Positions 25,218-36,839 of a stretch of DNA of 64,000 nt are shown here, in pieces. The translations under genes were made by a program, and so were the position numbers. The stretch lies in the NCBI GenBank assembly GCA_038087875.1, contig CM075989.1:2914001-2978000 (forward strand), written 5' to 3'. Origin of the DNA: Malacoraja senta. Taxonomy: Eukaryota. Numbering within the stretch: the stretch's first letter is position 1; each line of letters opens with the position of its first letter. The notes below the pieces were generated by a model, which saw only the letters and a program-made list of their open reading frames with translations, did no database searches and was not told where the DNA came from.

Positions 25218-25351
25218 ACAGCCCATGTTTTTTGCAAATTTTGCCATTAGACCCCACACCACAGACCACAAACAATGGCAGCACACAGCCCATGTTTTTT
25301 GCAAATTTTGCCATTAGACCCCACACCACAGACCACAAACAATGGCAGCAC
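25218..25351. repeat. Perfect 67-bp tandem duplication
   Basis: 25218-25284 is identical to 25285-25351. Confidence 0.95.
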
Positions 25352-26071
25352 GCTGGCGCAGCAGTAGAGTTGCTGCCTTACAGCGCCAGAGATCCGGGTT
25401 CCATCCTGACTACGGGTGCTGTCTGTACGGTGGGACCTGTATCTTCTCCCTGTGACCTGCCTTTTCTCTGGGAGCTCCGGTTTCCTTCCACATCACAAAG
25501 ACGTACAGGTTTGCAGGTTAATTGGCTTGGTCAAAATTGTAAATTGTCCCTAGTGAAGAGGATCGTGCCATTAGAACATGTGACTCATAGAAAATAGGTG
25601 CAGGTGGAGGCCATTCGGCCCTTCGAGCCAGCACCAACATTCATTGTGATCATGGCTGATCGTCCCCTATCAATAACCCGTGCCTGCCTTCTCCCATATC
25701 CCTTGATTCCACGAGCCCCTAGAGCTCTATCTAACTCTCTCTTAAATCCATCCAGTGACTTGGCCTCCACTGCCCTCTGTGGCAGGGAATTCCATAAATT
25801 CACAACTCTGGGTGAAAACGTTTTTTCTCACCTCAGTCTTAAATGGCCTCCCCTTTATTCTAAGACTGCGGCCCCTGGTTCTGGACTCCCCCAACATTGG
25901 GAACATTTTCCTGCATCTAGCTTGTCCAGTCTTTTTATAATTTTATATGTTTCTATAAGATATCCCCTCATCCTTCTAAACTCCAGTGAACGGGGATCGC
26001 TGGTCGGTGTGGACTCGGTGGGACGAAGGGCCTGTTTCCACGCTGTGTCTCTAACCTAAACTAAACTAAAC
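25352..26071 (+). mobile_element. HE1-type SINE split by a minus-strand CR1 3' fragment (~25587-25989)
   Basis: SINE head and body to ~25555, tail resumes ~25990; inner piece encodes WNSLPQRAVEAKSLDGFKRELD on minus. Confidence 0.8.
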
Positions 26072-26980
26072 TACTCTGGTAGAGCTTCTGCCTCACAGCA
26101 GCAGAGACAAGGGTTCAATTCCAACTCGGGTGCTGCGTGTGTGTGTGTGTGGACTTTGCACATTGTCCCTGTGACCTCGTGGGTTTCCACCAGGTGCTCT
26201 GGTTTCCTCCCACATCCCAAAGACATTGCTGGTTTGGGGGTTAATTGGCATCTGTAAATTGCCCCTAGCGTGGAGAGTACAGGCGTGTAAGTAGGATTGT
26301 ATATAACTGGTGTGAACGGGTAGATACAAAATGTTGGAGTAACTCAGCGGGACAGGTAGCGGGACTGAAGTCTGAAGAATGGTCTCGACTCGAAACGTCA
26401 CCCATTCCTTCTCTCCAGAGATGCTGCGTCTCGCTGTGTTACTCCAGCATTTTGTGTCTATCTTCCATTTAAACGAGCATCTGCAGTTCTTTCCTACACA
26501 TAGTGTGAACGGGCGATGGATGGTCTCAGTGGGCCAAAGGGCCTGTTTCCATGCTGTTTTTCACAACTAAACCTAAACTAATATATCATTTTTGAAAAAA
26601 AGAAATAAAGGCAAGTGTAATGTATGTTTTTGTGTGCTGTCTGAGTGTAGGTGATGCTGCTGCAAGCAACATCTTTATTGTACCTGTCCCTCACTGAGCT
26701 TGTGTGTGTGATAATAAACTCAACATGACGCCTAACACTTATCTCTCTCTTCTGCTGCCATTTCCAGAGTTTTCTGTTTCTATTAATAGTTGTTGAGAAC
26801 TTTTCCAAATGCCTTGACAGCTTTGGCAGGAGATGAGTCTCATCCAGCAGCTTTGAGTCTTGTTGGGGCTGTTGGGATTTCAGGATCTCAGTCGAAATGT
26901 TGGTTGAGGCCTAGTAACTACAAAGGCCTCACCCAGCCTAATACCAGTTAGGAGGCCAAGAGTGATACAGCCACCGAGAC

Positions 26981-27308
26981 GTTTAGTTTAGTTTAGTTTA
27001 ATTTAGAGATACAGCGCGGAAACAGGCCCTTCGGCCCACCGAGACTGCACCAACCAGCGATCCCCGCACATTAATACCACCCAATACACACTAGGGACAA
27101 TTTACATTTCTACCAAGCCATTAACCTACAAACCTGTACATCTTTGTTGTATGGAAGGAAACCGAAGATCTTGGAGAAAACCCACGCGGTCACGGGGAGA
27201 ACGTACAAACTCAATACAGACAGCACCCGTAATCGGGATTGAACCCGGGTCTCCGGCGCTGCAAGCGCTGTAAGGCGGCAACTCTACCGCTGCGTCACCG
27301 TGCCACCC
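26981..27308 (-). mobile_element. HE1-type SINE, full length
   Basis: Head GGGTGGCACGGTGACGCAGCGG, B-box GGTTCAATCC, (CTAAA)n tail. Confidence 0.9.
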
Positions 27309-28099
27309 TTGTGTCATAGAGGGCCGGAACAAGGTCCTCCAGCCCACAGGGTCAATGCCGACCATCAGTGACTGCTTTTTACACTAATAGTATCATAGTC
27401 ATAAAGCTGGGAAACCGGCCCTTTGGCCCACTTGCCCGTGCCAACCAGCTACACGAGTCCCGCCTGCCCGACTTTGGCCCAGATCTCTCTAAGCTGTACC
27501 TGTTCAATCCTATCTTTTGCCCATTTATTGTCCCCCACATTCCCCACTGATGGCTGTGGAGGCCAAGTCATTGGATATTTTTAAGGCGGAGATTGATATA
27601 TTCTTTAGTACGGGCGCCAGTGGTTATGGGGCGAAGGCAGGAGAATGGGGTTAGGAGGAAGAGATAGATCAGCTGTGATTGAATGGTGGAGTAGACTTGA
27701 TGGGCCGAATGGCCTAATTCTGCTCTTAGAACTTATGAAGGTATGAACTATTCCCATTTGCTCCCTCCCCTATAGATCCACCTACCTCCCTGTGCACTTG
27801 GGACATTTACAGCAGCCAGCCATGCATTCTTTTGGGATGTTGGTGGATCTGGGGAAAATCCGTGAGGTCACAGGCAGAACGTGCTAACTCCACACAGGGA
27901 GCAGTGGTGTTCAGGACTGAAGCCGGGTCACCAGAGCTGAGCTCTGCCCTACCCATTGTAGGGCAGAGGCAGGGAGAACAGCAGAGACATTCTGGCCAAA
28001 ACATGCACAGTTCACCCCCCTGTCCATCTCTGTCGTTCCTTACAGGTAATATTTAGCCACGAGCTGATAACAATATGGTGGAAGTTCATAAGTTCATAA

Positions 28100-28320
28100 G
28101 GGGGCGGTCACGGTGGCGCAGCAGTAGAGTTGCTGCCTTACAGCAAAATGCAGCGCCAGAGACCCGGGTTCGATCCCGACTACGGGTGCTGTCTGTATGG
28201 AGTTTGTACGTTCTCCCCGTGATCTGCGTGGGTTTTCTCCGAGATCTTCGGAATCCTCCCACACTCCAAAGACGTACAGGTTTGTAGGTTAATTGACTTG
28301 ATAAAAAGGTTAAATTGTCC
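28100..28320 (+). mobile_element. HE1-type SINE, 3'-truncated
   Basis: TGGCGCAGCAG...GGTTCGATCCC. Confidence 0.85.
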
Positions 28321-28757
28321 AAGTTGGCGATATGCAGAGTACTGCCCTGCCGACTACAAACTTCAGAAGGTTCAGAAGGTTCAGAAGGTAAGTTCTAGCA
28401 GAATTAGGCCATTTGGCCCATCATGTCTACTCCGCCATTCAATCATGGCTGATTAATATTTCCCTCTCAACCCATTCTCTTGCCTTCTCCCCATAAACCC
28501 TGACACCTGCACTAAATAAGAATCTATCAATCTCCACCTTAAAAATATCCATCCCCTTTGCCTCCACTGCCGTCTGTGGCAGTGAATTTGTGGAAGCATC
28601 GCTGAAACGGCGCCGTTTCTCACGGCGACTGTAAATGCCATTCCTGCCCGCTGTGGAAAGGTTCAGATGTGCCCATGGGCAGCGGTATACTGAGAACACT
28701 CAGGGACGGCGGAAGGTGGCCACATCTTTTACTCTGTTCAATGAGCATTCATAGGGT

Positions 28758-29066
28758 GGAACGGTGTGGCGCAGCGGTAGAGTTGCTGCCTTACAGCGCC
28801 AGGGATCCCGGTTCGATCCTGACTACGGGTGCTCTCTGTAGGGAGTTTGTACGTTCTCCTCGTGACCTACGCGGGTTTTCTCCGAGACCTTCGGTTTCCT
28901 CCCACACTCCAAAGACATACAGGTTTGTAAGGAAATTGGCTTGGTATAAATGTAAAATTGTCCCTAATGTGTGTAGGCTGGAGTTAGTGTCGGAGATTGC
29001 TAGTCGGTGCGCACTCGGTGGTCCAAAGGGCATGTTTCCGCGCTGTATCTCTAAACTAAACTAAAC
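28758..29066 (+). mobile_element. HE1-type SINE
   Basis: TGGCGCAGCGG...GGTTCGATCC...CTAAACTAAA. Confidence 0.9.
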
Positions 29067-29801
29067 TTCAGAGTGGATGTTGTCTCAACCCGAAACGTCA
29101 CCCATTTCTTCTCTCCAGAGAAGCTGCCTGTCCCGCTGAGCTATCCCAGCATTTTGTTTCTATGTTTGGTTTAAACCAGCATCTGCAGTTCATTCCTACA
29201 CAGACGGAGATACAATGAGCTCCCTGGAGGTCAGACCTTACTCCGGGGACTCGGGGTTAAGTTACAAGGGAGGGGCATCTTCTATTGATCAGCTGTTATA
29301 CTTCCAGATAAAATACTGTGTACAGCTGGCAAACGCTGCCAGAGAGAGGATGAGTATGCAATGGAGGAGGAAATTGAATGAGCTCTCAGGAATATCGGAG
29401 GTAATCATTCTGACACATCTCTCATTCCTCTGCAATTAGCATTACACTACTTGTCGCCTCATAGATCTCTCCCACGATTACCGGCATTCTCGAACAATCG
29501 TGCATCTTCATCCCTGCCCTCCTGCTATTTTAGCAGAACAGACAAACCTTGGGGTACAAATACATAGTCACCTGCGGTGACAGAGGCTACAACTGCAAAG
29601 GGTGTTGGTGAGATCACACTTGGAGCAATGTGAGCAGTTCTGGTCAGCTCGCCACAGAAAGGATGGTTTTAAGTTGTAAAAGGCGCAGAAAAGATTCACA
29701 AGGCTGATACCGGAAATGGAGGGCTTGACTTATAAGCAGGACGAACGTTGACACCATAGCCGTAGACTTGATGTCAGGTATCCCGACAGGCTTCGGGAGT
29801 A

Positions 29802-31508
29802 TGTTACCAACTGGAGAGACCCGGAGAGAAATGCTGGGACCAGGAAAACAAAGAGGCACAGTGAATCACCACATTGACATCCAATGGGAGCAGAGGTGAA
29901 GGTAACTTCATGGCTGTCAGTATGGCCTTGAGAAGATAAGGTGCCCCGACCAGCCAGTTTGCAAAATAATTGTACAATGGGAAGCTGATATGTACAGGCA
30001 ACGCAATTAAGAACTCTCTAACCTGATGAGGAACGAAGATGTGCTTTGTTTATTCAGCCCTTGGAAGAGTGACAACTTGAAGTGATTGACATCATAGTCA
30101 CGAGAGCCTTGGGTTAGAACGAAGGCTTCTTTTCGGAAGGAAAAGAGGGGAAAAATTAGTATAAAAGACAGGCACTCTGAGACATTGGCAGCGACAACCT
30201 AGGAACAACCATCGCAAGAAGAAGGGACCTGAGTATGAAACTCAGAGAAGACTACCCCCTACCGACAGAGTGAATCTGGCCAATTCATTCATTCCGGTAA
30301 CATCCGAGTCCAAGTCATGAGTTTTGTGATTTAGTTTAAGAAGTGATAAGTTGTGACTAGTGACTAGTGGTGTGCCTCAGAGTTCAGTGCTGGGCCCGCT
30401 ACTGTTTGTCATCTACATCAATGATTTGGATGAGAACATACAGGGCAAGATTAGCAAGTTTGCTGATGCTACGAAAGTGGGTGGTTTTGCAGATAGTGAA
30501 GATGGTTGTGAAAGATTGCAGCAGGATCTGGATCAATTAGCCAGGTGGGCTGAGGAATGATTGATGGAATTTAATACAGAGAAATGTGAGGTGTGCATTT
30601 TGGGATGTCTGACAAGGGCAGGACCTATACAGTGAATGGTCGGGCTCTGTGGAGTGTTATAGAGCAGAGGGATCTAGGAACACAGGTGCATGGTTCCTTG
30701 AAGGTCGAGTCGCAGATAGATAGGGTGTTCAAAAAGGCTTTTGGCACATTGGCCTTCAGCAATCAGAGTATTGTATAGAAGTTGGGAGGTCATGTTGCAG
30801 TTGTATAAGACATTGGTGAGACCGCATTTAGAGTATTGTGTTCAGTTCTGGGCACCATGTTATAGGAAAGACATTGTCAAGCTTGAAATGGTTCAGAGAA
30901 GATTTATGAAGATGTTGCCAGGACTAGAGGGTGAGCTATAGGGAGACGTTGAGTAGGCTGGGTCTCCATTCCTTGGAGTGCAAGAGGATGAGGGGTGATC
31001 TTATAGAGGTGTATAAAATCATGAGAGGAATAGATCGGGTAGATGCACAGAATCTCTTGCCCAGAGTAGGGGAATCGAAGACCAGAGGACATAGGTTCAA
31101 GTTGAAGGGGAAATGATTTAATAGGAATTTGAGGAGTAAATTTTTCACACAAAGGGTGGTGGGTGTATGGAACAAGCTGGAGGTAGTTGAGGCTGGGACT
31201 ATCCCAACATTTAAGAAACAGTAAGACAGGCACATGGATAGGACAGGTTGGGAGTGATATGGACCAAGCGCAGGCAGGTGGGACCAGTGTGGATGGGACA
31301 TGTTGGGCAAGTTGGGCTGAAGGGCTTGTTTCCACACTGTATCACTCTATGACTCTAAGTTGGAATAGTAAAGTAAATGAGAAGTTATTAGAAGTCAATC
31401 GTTTGCTTGCATGCTTAAGTAAATCGAGTGTCAATAAGAATAAGTTGTACTAAACCACGGTTTAGAGTCTTTTGTTTGACATGTCAGTGATACCCTATCG
31501 AGGTAACA
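29802..31508 (+). mobile_element. Probable solo LTR split by a CR1 insertion
   Basis: TG...CA ends with 7-bp inverted termini TGTTACC/GGTAACA and TATAAAAG at ~30160; no clean TSD seen. Confidence 0.45.
30354..31355 (+). mobile_element. 5'-truncated CR1 LINE
   Basis: SGVPQSSVLGPLLFVIYINDLD...KFADATK RT relic with stops; 7-bp TSD TAAGTTG (30347-30353, 31356-31362). Confidence 0.92.
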
Positions 31509-31834
31509 ACATAGTGGTGCAGCTGGTAGTGCTGTCTGTACTGTCAATGTGGATTTTGCACATTCACCTCACCGTACTGAAGCACATGACAATAAATTCC
31601 ACGTGACTTGACTTACCCTCGTGCTTATCAATAATCTGTCCAGACTGCCCCCAGAAATGTTCACAAACTGTTTCCAATACATTCCGAGGAAGAGAGTTTC
31701 AAGATATCTGGACCTCTGAGAGAAAAAAAATGGCTGATATCTGTCCATCTGGAATCTCTTCTTCTTCTTCTTGCGTATGGCGTGCACAGCCTAAAGTTGT
31801 CGGACAACTTGTTCTATTTGATCTTATTTGATTG

Positions 31835-33879
31835 AACAGAAATGTAGGTCCCTTGCAGTCAGAAACAGGTGAATTGATCATGGGGAACAAGGACATGGCA
31901 GACCAATTGAATAACTACTTTGGTTCTGTCTTCACTGAGGAAGACATAAATAATCTGCCGGAAATAGCAGGGGACCGGGGGTCAAATGATATGGAGGAAC
32001 TGAGTGAAATCCCGGTTAGCCGGGAAGTGGTGTTAGGTAAATTGAATGGATTAAAGGCCGATAAATCCCCAGGGCCAGACAGGCTGCATCCCAGAGTACT
32101 TAAGGAAGTAGCCCCAGAAATAGTGGATGCATTAGTGATAATTTTTCAGAACTCTTTAGATTCTGGAGTAGTTCCTGAGGATTGGAGGGTAGCTAATGTA
32201 ACCCCACTTTTTAAAAAGGGAGGAGAGAGAAAACTGGGAATTACAGACCAGTTAGTCTAACATCGGTAGTGGGGAAAATGCTAGTCAGTTATTAAAGATG
32301 GGATAGCAGCACATTTGGAAAGTGGTGAAATCATTAGACAAAGTCAGCATGGATTTATGAAAGGTAAATCATGTCTGACGAATCTTATAGAATTTTTCGA
32401 GGATGTAACTAGTAGAGTGGATAAGGGAGAACCAGTGGAAATGTTATATCTGGACTTTCCGAAGGCTTTCGACAAAGTCCCACATAAGAGATTAGTATGC
32501 AAACTTAAAGCACATGGTATTGGGGGTTCAGTATCCCAGGCTCTGGAATTCCCTCCCACAACCGGTCCGAAATTCTGAGTCTCGCCACCATCTTCCAGTC
32601 TCGCCTCAAGACCCATCTCTTCACCTCTGCATACCCTTAGTTCCATGTTCCCCTCCCCTTTGTCTTACTGCTCTATTTTGTTTTGTTTATTCCTGACTCT
32701 CAATGTAAAGCGACTTTGAGTCCTGAAAAGCGCTATATAAATAAAATCTATTATTATTATTATTATTGATGTGGATAGAGAACTGGCTGGCAGAAAGGAA
32801 GCAAAGAGTAGGAGTAAACGGGTCCTTTTCAGAATGGCAGGCAGTGACTAGTGGGGTACCGCAAGGCTCAGTGCTGGAACCTCAGCTATTTACAATATAT
32901 ATTAATGATCTGGATGAGAGAATTGCATGCAACATCTCCAAGTTTGCGGATGACACGAAGCTGAGGGGCAGTATTAGCTGTGAGGAGGATGCTAGGAGGC
33001 TGCAAGGTGACTTGGATAGGTTGGGTGAGTGGGCAAATGCATGGCAGATGCAGTATAATGTGGATAAATGTGAGGTTATCCACTTTGGTGGCAAAACAGG
33101 AAAGTAGACTATTATCTGAATGGTGGTCGATTACGAAAAGGGAGATGCAACGAGACCTGGGTGTCATGGTACACCAGTCATGAAAGTAGGCATGCAGGTG
33201 CAGCAGGCAGTGAAGAAAGCGAATGGTATGTTAGCATTCATAGCAAAAGGATTTGAGTATAAGAGCAGGGAGGTTCTACTGCAGTTGTACAGGGTCTTGG
33301 TGAGACCACACCTGGAGTATTGCGTACAGTTTTGCTCACCGAATCTGAGGAAAGACATTCTTGCCATAGAGGGAGTACAGAGAAGGTTCACCAGACTGAT
33401 TCCTGGGATGGCAGGACTTTCATATGAAGAAAGACTGGATAGACTCGGCTTGTACTCGCTAGAATTTAGAAGATTGAGGGGGGACCTTATAGAAACTTAC
33501 AAGATTCTTAAGGGGTTGGACAGGCTAGATGCAGGAAGATTGTTCCCGATGTTGGGGAAGTCCAGAACAAGGGGTCACAGTTTAAGGATAAGGGGGAAGT
33601 CTTTTAGGACCGAGATGAGAAAAACATTTTTCACACAGAGAGTGGTGAATCTGTGGAACTCTCTGCCACAGAGGGTAGTTGAGGCCAGTTCATTGGCTAT
33701 ATTTAAGAGGGAGTTAGTTAGATGTGGCCCTTGTGGCTAAAGGGATCAGGGGGTATGGAGAGAAGGCAGGTACGGGATACTGAGTTGGATGATCAACCAT
33801 GATCATATTGAATGACGGTGCAGGCTCGAAGGGCCGAATGGCCTACTCCTGCACCTAGTTTCTATGTTTCTATGTTTCT
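31835..33879 (+). mobile_element. 5'-truncated CR1 LINE with RT domain (pseudogenised ORF2)
   Basis: KSPGPD, QHGFMKGKSCLTNL, YLDFPKAFDKVPH, GVPQGSVL, KFADDTK; (TTTCTATG)n tail; TSD ATTG (31831-31834, 33880-33883). Confidence 0.95.
32535..32767 (+). mobile_element. L2-clade LINE 3' end nested in CR1
   Basis: PRLWNSLP...RLKTHLF motif (frameshifted), tail GTAAAGCGACTTTGAGTCCTGAAAAGCGCTATATAAATAAA-(TAT)n. Confidence 0.8.
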
Positions 33880-33896
33880 ATTGTGCACGCCGGGTT

Positions 33897-33949
33897 GATT
33901 ACATTCGTTGAAACAGGGCGGAGCACGTGAAGGTTGCATCTCCCGCCCC
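33897..33949 (-). ncRNA. Minimal HDV-like (CPEB3-type) ribozyme fold at 5' end of short retroposon
   Basis: P1 GGGGCGG/CCGCCCU with G1.U wobble; P2 GAUGCA/UGUAAUC; P3 ACC/GCU (one mismatch); L3 UUCACGU; J4/2 CGAA with candidate catalytic C at 33907; P4 absent. Confidence 0.7.
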
Positions 33950-34199
33950 TCTGGAATCTCCAATCCACACGATAGATGGTGAAATATGCTTTGGTAGTTG
34001 GCATGCCTGATCGATGCTGTGGTGAAGGACACCTCACATCTGTTTCAGAGGACCAGTGGTTTAGACTGTGCAAACTGTTGGTCATGCACATGATCCACTG
34101 CGGCAGTTCTTGACCGTGTACCTTGCTGGCGCAGCGGGAGAGTTGTTACCTTGGTGTAGTCCAGGTGGCTAATCAGATACTGAGAAGGGTGCACTTTGA

Positions 34200-34600
34200 G
34201 TCATGGAGTCATAGTGATACAGCATGGAAACAGGCCTTTCAACCCAACTTGCCGGCACTGACCAACATGTCCCGTCTACACTTGTCCCACCTGCCTGCAT
34301 TTGGCCCATATCCCTCTAAACTGATCCTATCCTATGCAATAGTACCTCTCAACTAATTCCTCCAGCAGCTTGTTCCGTACACCCACCATCTTTGTGTAAA
34401 GAAGTTACCCCTCAGGTTCCTATTAAATCTCCCCACCCCCCCCCCCCCACCTTAAACATATGTCCCCTGGTTCTCGATTCCCCTACTGTGGGGCAAGAGA
34501 CTGTGCGTTTATTCCCTTAATGATTTTGAACACCTCTATAAGATCACCCCTCAAGCTCCAAGGAATAAAGTCCTCGTCTGCGCAACCTCTCCTTTTTGCT
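34200..34600 (-). mobile_element. Degraded CR1 3' fragment
   Basis: ERLRRRGLYSLE and CR1 3' UTR. Confidence 0.8.
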
Positions 34601-34789
34601 CAGGACCTCCTTTTCACCAATGAGACAAGGTGACGCCCAGTGGCGTGGCTGGGATAGTGCGTGTATTGAGACTGCACGCAAATGCTCGGCTTCCAAAGGG
34701 GAAAAGGTAAATGAAGAAGTGAGCGTCAACTCAGAGAGGACCATGAGCTGCTCAATTAGTTGGCACCAATTTCCCAGGACAGGGTCTTC

Positions 34790-36280
34790 ATGGTGAATGG
34801 CAGAGCTTTGGGGAGTGTTGTAGGGCAGAGGGGTCCAGCAGTACGGGCACACAGTTCCCTGAGAGTGGCTCCACAGGGAACATAGGATGGTCAAGAAGGC
34901 TTTTGGTACATTGCCCTTCATCAGCCAGAGTATTGAGTAGAGAAATCGGGACGTTATGTTACAGTTGTAAAAAAAGTTAGTGAGGCTGCGCTTGGAGTAT
35001 CGAGTACAGTTATGGGCCTGTCCCACTTAGGCGATTTTTCAGCGGACTGTCAAGTTGCCGGCAGTTGCCTGAAAAACGTGAACTGGAACGGCGACTGTCA
35101 GAGTGGAACACACACACACACACATCGCAAAGGCGGGGGCCAGGGCAAGTGAGGGAGCGCTGTCTGAAATTCACACGGTACAAAGCCAAGATGATATAGA
35201 CACACACCGCGATGAATAGGAAGGTTAGCCGCTGTAATTAAGACGGCCAGCATAGTGTACGGTGAGTCCTTTAAAGAGGGGGGAAGGGGGAAGAAGGGGG
35301 GAGGAAGGGGGGAGAAGGGGGGAGAAGAAGTGGAGACAACGTTTAAGAAGCCCGACAACTGTTAATAAGCCAGCGATACACAGCTGTGAAGTTCGGCGGA
35401 CATTTAGCATTACTGGTCAGTTATCCTGGTTCTGAAAACTCCTGTTGACCTTTTTTTTCCCCCAATGAGCCAATGAAAATGACCGGTCAGCAAAGGCGAT
35501 TATCTAAAACTACCTACGACCACCTCGACTACCCACAACTACATGGCGACCCCACTACAACTGCACCTACAACTACAGGATTACCGATTATCTCCATGGC
35601 GACCAATTTTTTGGTCACAGAAAATTTGTCAACATGTTGAACATTTTCGGCGACCATACTGAGGCCGCGACTAGTTCCCAGAATGCGGGAACTCCTCGCG
35701 ACCATGAAGGGGACTCACCAGAGAACATGCGGTGACCATGTGGCAAGTGCAGAGTCTCCTGCACTCGCCTAAAAAGTCGCCTAAGTGGGACAGGCCCTTT
35801 ATGGTGACCCTTCTGTAGGAAGGATGTCATTAAGGAGGAAAAGGTGCAGTGAAGATTTATGAAGATGTTTCCCGGACTCAAGGTCTTGAGCTACAGGGAA
35901 AGGTTGGGCATGCTGGGACTATTTCTTAACAAGCAGGAAGCTGAGGGGTGATCTTATTGAGGTGGATAAATCAATAATACCAGGAGAAAAAAGACCCAGC
36001 CTATCCAGTCTTTTAGTTTAGTTTAGTTTGAGTTACAGCATGCAAACAGGCCCTTCGGCCCACCGAGTCCACAGACCACCAATCACCAATTCACACTGGT
36101 TCTATGTTATCGCAGGAATAAATAGGATGAAGGCACGATCTTTAACCGAGTGTAGGTAGATCATGAATAGGTTGATCATAGGACATAAGTGTAAGCTGAG
36201 AGGGGAAAGGTTTAGTAGGAACGTGAGGGGCAACACTTTCACTCAGAGGGTGGTGGGTGTGTATAGAACAAGCTGCCATC
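34790..36280 (+). mobile_element. Degraded CR1 fragment interrupted by MITE and SINE pieces
   Basis: GGTCAAGAAGGCTTTTGGTACATTGCCCTTCATCAG...; resumes TGGTGACCCTTCTGTAGGAAGGATGTC after 35801. Confidence 0.7.
35013..35798. mobile_element. PIF/Harbinger-like MITE
   Basis: TIR GGGCCTGTCCCACTTAGGCGA / TCGCCTAAGTGGGACAGGCCC; TSD TTA (35010-35012, 35799-35801). Confidence 0.88.
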
Positions 36281-36839
36281 ATTGCTGGGGTTGTCAACAG
36301 GGCTTGCTTAAAGAGGACACTTCCAAACTATCGTTAGCATAGCTCCTGCATCAGAGGATCAAACACTCTCGACCACTGCTGCTCCACCATCAGAGACGCC
36401 GACCATTCCATCCCTCGCCCAGGCTTTGGAAATTCTGTCTGAGCTCCTTCCTCTGGCATACAGAGAGCGACTGAAGAACGTAGCTCTGATCAAGAGGGGT
36501 TGCACAGATCTGGTCAGGGGAGTGAGAGGACAACTAATTCCTTGTAGGTAAATCGGCCTCTGTTCAACTTCCCCTGGTGTGTAGGGAGTGGATGTGAAAC
36601 AAAGATAACATAGAACCAGTGTGGATTGGTGATTTTACTTCGGAGTCACGTGAGTGACTACGTGAAGAAGACCCGTCAGGGCGCATGCGCGTCATTACGT
36701 CTGACGCATTGGCGCCCGGCAGCAGGAAGACGGAGCTCCTCCTGCAGGTGAGTAGTTTAAAAGCTCCACCAAAGTCGGGGAGACTTTGGAGGAGTTAGGA
36801 GAAAATTGTTGCTGTGTTTATCCCTCAAATACAGGAATA

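Larger units (their letters stand above)
31759..33949 (-). mobile_element. ~142-nt short retroposon (possibly Ingi/Vingi- or RTE-mobilised) split by CR1; parts 31759-31834 and 33884-33949
   Basis: 11-bp TSD TCTGGAATCTC (31748-31758, 33950-33960); GGGG start and (GAA)n tail on minus strand. Confidence 0.8.
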
